From Chitinophagales bacterium (lineage in GTDB: Bacteria; Bacteroidota; Bacteroidia; Chitinophagales; JADIYW01), in assembly GCA_044227665.1 (NCBI GenBank), contig JBGAWK010000008.1, forward strand, positions 7,219 to 71,218: a DNA stretch of 64,000 nt, read 5' to 3'. The first letter of the stretch is position 1. Every line of letters starts with the position of its first letter. A model generated the notes under the pieces. The model worked only from the letters and a program-made list of their open reading frames with translations, ran no database searches and was not told the DNA's origin. The position numbers were made by a program, and so were the translations under genes. Positions 56,880 through 64,000 of this stretch are shown here, one piece after another.

Positions 56880-59297
56880 TTATGCTTCATATACAGCAAT
56901 AAATGTGTCTGCATCCCAATTTTCTACGGGGATGAAACGATATGTTTTTTTGTCATCTAGGAACTCATGGTCATAGGTAAAGTTTTTAGGGAATTTTGCA
57001 GTATTATCTTCCTGATATACGAAGCTTCCTCCTAGTACAAGTCCTATTTTTCCAAAATCGCCGTAAAAATATTCTTCCAATAGGGGTATTATTTTGTCTT
57101 TGAATACTTGCTTTAGGTCTTCCAAGTCTTCAATGCCTATAAAATATGAATGACCGATTTGATGGTCTTTGTCTATTATCACTTCTATACGTCTATTGAT
57201 AGTTCCCAATAGCCGCCTCAAATCTACATCCTTATAATTGGAGTTTGATAGCATATCGGGGTTGGGAGGTATTTCTATAAAGGAAAATCTTCTGCGCAAT
57301 GCAGTATCCAAGGCTTCTACGCTTCTGTCGGCTGTATTCATCGTACCTATGATATATACATTATTAGGAACGGAAAATCTGTCTCCGGAGTAGGGTAGGG
57401 TAACTTCTATCTGTTCTTTGTTTCCTTTTCTTTTGTCATCTTCCAAGAGCGTGATGAGCTCACCGAAGATGGCGGAGACATTGCCCCTGTTTATTTCGTC
57501 TATGATAAGAACATAATTCTTGTTGTCTCTTGTTTCACTTTGTGCGTATTTGAATTTCTCTTTGACATAATTGCCTAAAGATTTGGTATAAGAGGGCCAA
57601 TCCAAAGTTTCTCCGGTTTTTAAATACTGCTCTAAAACTTCCTTTTTTATGACAGCATCATAAGCTTTTGCTGTATTAGCATGAAATCTAATATTGTTTT
57701 TTGAGTTTTTATAGATTGTAAATTCCTTGGCATGCACTAGTGTTTCTAGGATTAGCTTGTTTTCACTTGAGTTGGCAATTTCTTCTAGCAATAGCCTGTA
57801 TATAGTCTCAAAATTGTTGGATTTTATTTCTTTTGTTAAAGCACTTTGGCATAAGTTCTTAAAGATTCCGTCTTTCACTTCGTAAACTACGTTTTCATCT
57901 AATGTTAGGGGTTTTATACCTTCTATAAAATCTTCGTAGCTCAAACTTTGATGAAAAGTCGTAAATACAATTTGCTTTGCATTGACTAATTTCTCGTATT
58001 CCATGTTTATTTCTTCACGAGTTCTAGGCTTATTGCCAAGAATAATCTCTACGGCAATTTTCTTAGTCTCATAGGTCTTTCCAGTTCCTGGAGCCCCATA
58101 TAATATTTGATTTAAGGGCAATTTTTTGTTCATAATTTTAGGCACTTTTTTATTTTCGGTTGAAGTGTTATAGGATAGGTGGCTCAAAATTTCATTTCTG
58201 AAATCTACGTCAAAAGCCATTCGCTCTAATTCTTTTTTGTTGTATTTGGAATACCCTGAAATTTGAGTGCGATTCAATTCTTTTTCTATTGCATTGAATA
58301 TCAAAATAGTGTTGAGCTTTACTTGTCCAAAAGTATTGAGTTTGTTAAAATATGCCTCCGGTTTTCCATCAAAATTTATGTAGTCCTCACTGATGGGTAT
58401 CTCTGAGATAACCCTATATTTATAATCGGTACTTTTGGCTTGGTTTACATGGAATATGTAGCGTTGTCCGATAGTAAATATTATCTGCTTGTCTTGGAAA
58501 TTAAAGACTAGTTTGTGCTTATTTATCTGTAAATTGTATTTTTCGATGATATCATCTAAGAAACTGTAATAGTCTTCTACATCTTTTCGGTCAAATTTTT
58601 TGAGTATTTCCAATAAATCGAACTCCTTCATGTCCTTAAAAACCACATATAATATATTCTGAATCATGAGATATCTATCGTCCCAATAAGGCTCGATATA
58701 ATATTGCCTATAAGTTTTCAGGAAGGTGTCTTCTTGCAATACGCCTTGTCCAATGATTTGTGTCGCTAATTCTTGTAAGTGTAAAAATCGGTCTCCAGAT
58801 TTCTTTGTAGCTATATTAAAGTGTTCACATAAGCTCTTATAATAGTCAGCTTTGTATAGAATATACTTTTCGGGGTATCTAAATGATAAATATACTGAAA
58901 TAGTACGTTCATCTTGTTGTGCATTGATATTGGTGCGATGCAATGCTTGTCTCAGGTTAGCCAAAAGGCCTTCGGATGCAGACTGGAATTTTTTTATTCT
59001 TACCGAAATTTCTTTAGCCTCATCATACAAGTTTCGGAACATCTCCCTTACTTCTTCAGGGTGATTTTTGGCAGATTTCTCAATAAATCCCCATGAATTT
59101 TGATATACTAAATTAGATACTTTGCTGAAAGCCTTCCTAAACATCTGATAAAAATCAGTAGCATCTATATCCCAATATTGCTGAAATGTATCAATCGCCA
59201 AGTATTTATAGGCTTCGTCAGGCTCCCCATCATGCTCCAAGACATTTAAGTAGTTCGTTATAAGCTCTGAAAAGTTAGATACTGAGATAGTATTCAT
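56880..59297 (-). CDS. mcrB: McrB-family AAA+ GTPase with ~390-aa uncharacterised N-terminal region
   Basis: Walker A LYGAPGTGKTY, Walker B / McrB signature IIDEINRGNVSAIFGELITLLE, MNTADRS (NTAD in place of NKxD) and LRRRFSF. The AAA+ module starts around residue 395. Confidence 0.85.
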   Translation of the reverse strand: MNTISVSNFSELITNYLNVLEHDGEPDEAYKYLAIDTFQQYWDIDATDFYQMFRKAFSKVSNLVYQNSWGFIEKSAKNHPEEVREMFRNLYDEAKEISVRIKKFQSASEGLLANLRQALHRTNINAQQDERTISVYLSFRYPEKYILYKADYYKSLCEHFNIATKKSGDRFLHLQELATQIIGQGVLQEDTFLKTYRQYYIEPYWDDRYLMIQNILYVVFKDMKEFDLLEILKKFDRKDVEDYYSFLDDIIEKYNLQINKHKLVFNFQDKQIIFTIGQRYIFHVNQAKSTDYKYRVISEIPISEDYINFDGKPEAYFNKLNTFGQVKLNTILIFNAIEKELNRTQISGYSKYNKKELERMAFDVDFRNEILSHLSYNTSTENKKVPKIMNKKLPLNQILYGAPGTGKTYETKKIAVEIILGNKPRTREEINMEYEKLVNAKQIVFTTFHQSLSYEDFIEGIKPLTLDENVVYEVKDGIFKNLCQSALTKEIKSNNFETIYRLLLEEIANSSENKLILETLVHAKEFTIYKNSKNNIRFHANTAKAYDAVIKKEVLEQYLKTGETLDWPSYTKSLGNYVKEKFKYAQSETRDNKNYVLIIDEINRGNVSAIFGELITLLEDDKRKGNKEQIEVTLPYSGDRFSVPNNVYIIGTMNTADRSVEALDTALRRRFSFIEIPPNPDMLSNSNYKDVDLRRLLGTINRRIEVIIDKDHQIGHSYFIGIEDLEDLKQVFKDKIIPLLEEYFYGDFGKIGLVLGGSFVYQEDNTAKFPKNFTYDHEFLDDKKTYRFIPVENWDADTFIAVYEA

Positions 59298-59328
59298 TGG
59301 CGATTTACTTATTTATAAGGTGTTACTG

Positions 59329-59336
59329 CAAATCTA
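59329..59336 (-). promoter_or_regulatory. candidate -7 promoter box for mcrBC
   Basis: The minus strand reads TAGATTTG (TAnnTTTG), about 31 nt upstream of the mcrB ATG. Confidence 0.35.
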
Positions 59337-59440
59337 TAAAAATATGCTTTTCATTTTTTATAAAATAAATATCTTGGAAGCCGACAATAGTATATTCTAT
59401 TATTTTGTAATTAGAGGATGGACTGCGAGTTACAAACTAC

Positions 59441-60085
59441 TTATGTCAGCATATAATCTATTAGCAAAAAAAATGATAGTAGCCAAAGGTAAGTTTTGGC
59501 ATAGCTGTTATCCTCTCTGTATCCACTCCATAGGAGTATGGTATGGGTAAATATACCTGTAACAAACCAACCCCAAAAGTTCTGTATATCGGGGTATTGT
59601 GTATCATGCCATACCCATAGCCGATGTTTCACAGCAAAGTACTCTAGCAGCATATCTAGCAGTACCATAATGCCGGCACCAATGACTATTCGGGGTACTG
59701 CTTTCATCTTGCTGCTATTGAGCCATGTGGCAGTACAGAGGGTAAGTACTACCCAGTTCACTCCTATAATCAGGGGGACTCCCAGTAGCGACACTCCCAG
59801 TCGGGAAGTATAATGATAATCCCCAAATATTTTTCCTGTATGCACACCTATGATCTCTACGACCATGCCGATGGTGAAAATCGCCGACCATGCGCCTACA
59901 ATCTTAATATTCCATTGCGATAAACTACTTAGGATAAGTACGGCAGACAGAAGAAGGTTTATGGCAGATAGTGCCTCGAACCCCTCTTTGGTTTGTGGTA
60001 AATTCATGCCTACTACACCTACAAGGTGTATGACCGTCCAATTGAGGAGAATCAAGCGGGAATATTTATGAAGGAATGAGTGCAT
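59441..60085 (-). CDS. carotenoid biosynthesis membrane protein (DUF422 / CruF-like 1',2'-hydratase candidate)
   Basis: About 214-aa polytopic membrane protein at the end of the crt operon. ATG 60085 (MHSFLHKYS...) is chosen, and the track start at 60229 lies inside the upstream gene. Family assignment rests on context and memory. Confidence 0.6.
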   Translation of the reverse strand: MHSFLHKYSRLILLNWTVIHLVGVVGMNLPQTKEGFEALSAINLLLSAVLILSSLSQWNIKIVGAWSAIFTIGMVVEIIGVHTGKIFGDYHYTSRLGVSLLGVPLIIGVNWVVLTLCTATWLNSSKMKAVPRIVIGAGIMVLLDMLLEYFAVKHRLWVWHDTQYPDIQNFWGWFVTGIFTHTILLWSGYREDNSYAKTYLWLLSFFLLIDYMLT

Positions 60086-61544
60086 CTGTAATTTTTGCAG
60101 ATAGCAAGCTGATGGGTACACCGCCGCCGGGATGTACTGTGCCGCCACAGAAATATAAGTTTTTGACTTTACGGCAAAAATTTGGGTGTCGTGTAAAAGT
60201 ACTAAATACTTTGTTGGAAGCATTGCCATATAAGGCCCCCTGATAAGAAGCAGTTTTAGCAGCTATGGTAGCAGGCGTATTTACCACTTCTGTGATAATA
60301 TGTGGCGCAATATCTTCCCCTATGGTATTACTAATCTTTTGAATGATTATCGCTCTAAACTTATCTTTCAGTGCTTCCCAATTTTGTCCAGAATTATGGG
60401 GTACGTTGATAAGTACAAACCAATTTTCACCATCCTTAATAGCGTGATTAGGATTGATTTTGGAGCTTATAAATACATAAATTGTAGGGTCGTCAATAAT
60501 TTCCCCTAAGGATAGATCTTGGAATTCTTTTTTATAATTTGCAGAAAATAAAATATTGTGTATATCCAGCTTGGGATATTTTTTATCCATACCCCAGTAA
60601 AATATCATGGCAGAAGTAGATAATGCTTCTTTAATCAAGCTTTTTGGGGGTGTCATTTGAGGAAGCAGATGCTTGTAAGTGAGCCTTATGTCCATGTTGC
60701 TGATTACATACGCTGCTTGCACCAACGTATTCTCTACCTTTATACCCAAAACTCTACTGTTGTCATACTCTATGCTTTGCACCAAGCTATTAAAATGGAA
60801 TGTCACACCCATTTCTTGCGCCAATTTATGTAAATTCATGGTCAATGACGGCATACCGTCTATGAGCATGAAGGCCCCGTGATTATATTCAGGGTGGGCT
60901 ATCACATTGAGTATAGAAGGAGCTTTGTAGGGATTTGATCCATTGTAGGTCGCATAGCGGCTAAATAATTGCACCGTATTTTTATCTACAAAGATATTTT
61001 GCAGCTTTTTATTCATGGTCTTAAAAATGCCCAATTTCGTGGGGCTGGTCAAAAAAAGCTGTAACCCTTCTTTTGATGTATAAGTAGAGAACTTGTGTAG
61101 CGATTTTTCTAGTGCCACAGGTGCGGAAAGCTGGTATAGTTGTTCAATTTTTTTGAGATGCTGTAACAGTTGAGCGGCGGAATCCTTTGTGTTGCGTTGT
61201 ATTTCTTCAGCAAATTTTTGTTTATCGCTATAGGCGTTAATAATCGTGCCATCACTAAAAAAGTATTTGTTGATGACCTCTAAGGATACGTATCTATAGT
61301 AATCTTCGGGATTTTTCTTGCACAGAAAAAATAATTCATCTATCAGAAAAGGTAGCGTAAGCAACGATGCCCCTATTCCCCAACGAAATCCGTCCTTGGC
61401 AATCCAAGAAACCTTGCCTCCGGGATGCTCTTCCTTTTCAAAGACTTCCACCTCAAAGCCTCTCGCTGCAAGGCGTATAGCTGTAGCCATACCACCCACG
61501 CCAGAACCTATGACTATGGCTTTTTTCTTATCCTTTATATCCAT
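60066..61544 (-). CDS. phytoene desaturase family oxidoreductase (CrtD-like carotenoid 3,4-desaturase candidate)
   Basis: FAD motif AIVIGSGVGGMATAIRLAARGFEVEVFEKEEHPGGK and a C-terminal NLYFCGGTVHPGGGVP motif. It is the second CrtI paralogue in the operon. ATG 61544 is chosen. Confidence 0.75.
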   Translation of the reverse strand: MDIKDKKKAIVIGSGVGGMATAIRLAARGFEVEVFEKEEHPGGKVSWIAKDGFRWGIGASLLTLPFLIDELFFLCKKNPEDYYRYVSLEVINKYFFSDGTIINAYSDKQKFAEEIQRNTKDSAAQLLQHLKKIEQLYQLSAPVALEKSLHKFSTYTSKEGLQLFLTSPTKLGIFKTMNKKLQNIFVDKNTVQLFSRYATYNGSNPYKAPSILNVIAHPEYNHGAFMLIDGMPSLTMNLHKLAQEMGVTFHFNSLVQSIEYDNSRVLGIKVENTLVQAAYVISNMDIRLTYKHLLPQMTPPKSLIKEALSTSAMIFYWGMDKKYPKLDIHNILFSANYKKEFQDLSLGEIIDDPTIYVFISSKINPNHAIKDGENWFVLINVPHNSGQNWEALKDKFRAIIIQKISNTIGEDIAPHIITEVVNTPATIAAKTASYQGALYGNASNKVFSTFTRHPNFCRKVKNLYFCGGTVHPGGGVPISLLSAKITDALIPS

Positions 61545-62371
61545 CTGAGTTGGATTTGGAAGTAGGATTTTAGGGCAATCCATAGTTTGTGTATGTTGCT
61601 AATCCTTATACGTTCTGTCATGATGCGATGGGCAGGTATCGCCTGAATTTTTTTTAATAATATGACATAATAGGCATACGCTAAAAATACCCCCATCCTA
61701 GAGGACATAGGAAGTTCGAGAATGCCCTTCAGTGCTTCGTGGAAGTCTTCTTTGATATCTTCTTCTATATTTTTTTTGTCGTTATCGCTAAAATTATGGA
61801 AGTTAATGTGAGGAAAATACATTCTGCCCAGCACCTCACTATCATGCTGTATATCCCGTAAGAAATTTATCTTCTGAAAGGCTGCTCCTAGTCTCATGGC
61901 GGAAGGCTTTAGCTTTTCATATAAGGTTTTGTCACCTTCGGTAAATACATGTAGACACATCAATCCCACCACTTCTGCGGAGCCTAGGATGTATTCCTTA
62001 TACTTATCGTCGTTGTATTGTACATCCTCCAAGTCCATTTTCATGCTATGCAAAAAAGTGTCTATGAGATTATACTCAATATTATATTTGCGTACAGCAT
62101 CCTGAAAACTATGTAAAATAGGATTTAGGCTGATGCCATCGTGTAGGGCGCGGTACGTGTCTTCCTCAAATCGCGATAATAATATCTTCTGGTTGTAGTC
62201 GTAAAAGGTATCTACGATTTCATCTGCTAGGCGCACAAAGCCGTAAATAGCATAGATAGCTTTACGGAGTCTTTTATGTAAAAATTGTATTCCTAAAGAG
62301 AAACTTGTGCTATAAGTTTTTGTAGTATATATACTACAGGCTTCAGCTACACTATTATATAATGCTATCAT
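61535..62371 (-). CDS. crtB: phytoene synthase
   Basis: SFSLGI..., YGFVRLADEIVD (first Asp-rich motif) and FLRDIQHD (second motif). Confidence 0.9.
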   Translation of the reverse strand: MIALYNSVAEACSIYTTKTYSTSFSLGIQFLHKRLRKAIYAIYGFVRLADEIVDTFYDYNQKILLSRFEEDTYRALHDGISLNPILHSFQDAVRKYNIEYNLIDTFLHSMKMDLEDVQYNDDKYKEYILGSAEVVGLMCLHVFTEGDKTLYEKLKPSAMRLGAAFQKINFLRDIQHDSEVLGRMYFPHINFHNFSDNDKKNIEEDIKEDFHEALKGILELPMSSRMGVFLAYAYYVILLKKIQAIPAHRIMTERIRISNIHKLWIALKSYFQIQLRWI

Positions 62372-62375
62372 GGAT

Positions 62376-63860
62376 TTATGATTTATGCGTAAAATATTTT
62401 TGGAGCTCAGTAGCTACAATTTTTCCAGAGATGATACTCGGCGGCACACCGGGCCCTGGCACAGATAACTGGCCACAATAGAAAAGATTTTCTACTTTCT
62501 TATTTTTAAGTTTAGGTTTTAAAAATGCTGTCTGCATAAGGGTGTTGGCAAGACCGTAAGCATTGCCTTTGTAAGCATTGTAGTCTTGTATAAAATCGGA
62601 GGTGCAATAGCTTTTTTTATACACAATGTGCGGTCTTATAGTACTTGATGTTTTTGTTTCCAATCTGTCTAACATGATGTTGAAATATTTTTCACGTTTA
62701 GCTTCATCATCATCCTGTAATCCTGCGGCCAGTGGCATAAGTAAAAATATATTTTCATAACCATCAGGTGCTACCGTAGCATCTGACTGAGAGGGACAAC
62801 AGACATAGAACAAGGGCTTGACAGGCCATTCTGGATTTTTGTATATGGATACTGCGTGTGTATCTAGGTCTTCATCAAAAAACAAGGTATGATGATGTAA
62901 GTTGGGAATCCTTTTGTTGATCCCCAAATAATAGAGCAGACAGGAAGGGGCAAATGTCTGCTTCTGCCAGTAGGCATCATCATAGTTGCGATAGCCCGCT
63001 TCCAAGAGTTGTGATTCTACATGTGCATAATCAGCCGCAGCAACTACGGCATCATAATGCTTGCTGCCCAAGGTGCTAAGCACAGAGTGAACTTTTTTGT
63101 CAGAGACTTCTATCTTTTGAACTGCGGTACTCATATAAAACGTAGCACCCTGATTCATAGCTATCTTCATCATAGCTTCACACACCTTGCCAAAGCCACC
63201 CATGGGATACCAAGTACCTAAGGACAATCCTGCATAATTCATGAAACTATACATAGCAGGGATGTCTTGAGGCATTGCACCCAAAAATAATACAGGGAAC
63301 TCCATAAGTGCTACCAGATGGAGGTGCTTAAAGTATTTGCGTACCAATTTACGTTGTGACGACAAGAGGTGTAATTTCAGGGCACTTACAGCTATATCGG
63401 GGCTAAAGTACTCCCACAGGGTGTTACTAGGTTTTGTTACAAACTTAGTCATAGCTATAGTGTACTTCTCTTTAGCTTCTGCCATGAAAGCATCTAATCT
63501 CGCACCACTTCCAGATTCAGTATTTTCAAATAGCATTTTCAAGTCCTCATATTTATCAGGAATGGACATGCAAGAATTGTTCTCGTACATGATGTCGAAA
63601 GCGGGATTCAGTCGCAAGAGCGTATAAAAGTCTTGTGCAGAGTGTCCAAAGTCGTTGAAAAAATGCTCAAAAACTTCAGGCATCCAGTACCAACTTGGTC
63701 CCATGTCGAATACAAAACCTTCCAGAGTGGTAAGTTGGCGAGCTCTGCCGCCTACACTTTCATTTTTTTCATACACATCTACGGCGTAGCCTGCTTTGGT
63801 GAGGTAGCAGGCAGCACTCAAACCCGAAAATCCTGATCCTATGATAGCAATTCTATTCAT
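62376..63860 (-). CDS. crtI: phytoene desaturase
   Basis: IAIIGSGFSGLSAACYLTKAGYAVDVYEKNESVGGRA dinucleotide-binding motif and a C-terminal NLFYCGQLSVPGPGVPPS motif. Confidence 0.9.
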   Translation of the reverse strand: MNRIAIIGSGFSGLSAACYLTKAGYAVDVYEKNESVGGRARQLTTLEGFVFDMGPSWYWMPEVFEHFFNDFGHSAQDFYTLLRLNPAFDIMYENNSCMSIPDKYEDLKMLFENTESGSGARLDAFMAEAKEKYTIAMTKFVTKPSNTLWEYFSPDIAVSALKLHLLSSQRKLVRKYFKHLHLVALMEFPVLFLGAMPQDIPAMYSFMNYAGLSLGTWYPMGGFGKVCEAMMKIAMNQGATFYMSTAVQKIEVSDKKVHSVLSTLGSKHYDAVVAAADYAHVESQLLEAGYRNYDDAYWQKQTFAPSCLLYYLGINKRIPNLHHHTLFFDEDLDTHAVSIYKNPEWPVKPLFYVCCPSQSDATVAPDGYENIFLLMPLAAGLQDDDEAKREKYFNIMLDRLETKTSSTIRPHIVYKKSYCTSDFIQDYNAYKGNAYGLANTLMQTAFLKPKLKNKKVENLFYCGQLSVPGPGVPPSIISGKIVATELQKYFTHKS

Positions 63861-64000
63861 TATTTCTTTTTTTGGGAGGCTATTAGATCCGTAATTGAGG
63901 ATAATTTTATGACAGACTTGAAAGGTAGCTGCTGCAAAAGGTCTCCTTTTGCAGCTATATAGATATTTTGTGTAGGAAATAAATCTATAATTTCTTTAGT
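63860..64000 (-). CDS. 3' end of an upstream ORF (46 codons visible); possibly the regulator that often precedes crtI
   Basis: The minus strand is open from the window edge: TKEIIDLFPTQNIYIAAKGDLLQQLPFKSVIKLSSITDLIASQKKK*. The TAA overlaps the crtI ATG (TAATG). Identity cannot be established from this fragment. Confidence 0.35.
   Translation of the reverse strand, partial: TKEIIDLFPTQNIYIAAKGDLLQQLPFKSVIKLSSITDLIASQKKK

Noticed and set aside
55531-59368. An 11-nt direct repeat, TTATAAAATAA, on both sides of the mcrBC cassette (55531..55541 and 59358..59368), as possible target-site duplication.
   Set aside because: It is a pure A/T 11-mer in AT-rich intergenic DNA, so a chance match is quite plausible. 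There is no integrase and there are no inverted repeats. It would need comparison with an empty site.
1-64000. A search by eye for CRISPR arrays, tRNA/rRNA/tmRNA genes, IS elements, integrases and phage genes.
   Set aside because: I noticed no regularly spaced repeats, no tRNA-like GTTCGAATC-type T-arms with matching acceptor stems, and no transposase or integrase ORFs. tRNAscan-SE, Rfam and ISfinder searches would be needed for a definitive negative.

Overview
AT-rich chromosomal segment that looks like Bacteroidota. Supporting signs are a fused ccoN-ccoO gene, two T9SS C-terminal sorting domains, many lipoprotein signal peptides, TAnnTTTG-type promoter boxes and a histone-H1-like gene. I can support about 58 CDS and one RNA gene (RNase P RNA, 19620..19951). 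I found no tRNA, rRNA, CRISPR array, transposase or integrase by eye.

Most of the window is housekeeping:
- alaS 3' end and a queuosine-precursor transporter
- an 11-gene co-directional cbb3 oxidase cluster (2133..12040): Rrf2, USP, ccoI, CBS, ccoS, ccoNO, ccoQ, ccoP, ccoG, FixH and a TauE-like gene
- folC, rpsP, rlmI, folA-thyA, murB, mfd, aroQ, lpxB, surE
- a 2-oxoacid dehydrogenase E2, an acyl-CoA dehydrogenase, two glutathione peroxidases and a T9SS-secreted PhoD
- a carotenoid operon (crtI-crtB-crtD-like-CruF-like)

Accessory or unusual content:
1. A McrBC-type type IV restriction cassette (55644..59297). Its McrB has a ~390-aa uncharacterised N-terminal region.
2. A TPR histidine kinase / LytTR regulator pair (49906..52313), divergent from an operon of five unrelated small lipoproteins (52430..55420). 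A tandem 20-bp direct repeat sits in the shared promoter region.
3. A RES-Xre toxin-antitoxin pair (37937..38886) wedged between surE and the E2 gene.
4. A lipoprotein-anchored DUF4258 toxin-like gene.
5. Three gene-poor stretches with decayed ORFs, one resembling the N-terminus of a restriction nuclease/helicase.
6. A perfect 22-bp palindrome over the acyl-CoA dehydrogenase promoter.

I cannot prove a wholly new system from sequence alone. The best candidates for follow-up are the LytTR-controlled lipoprotein array next to McrBC and the unknown N-terminal module of McrB.
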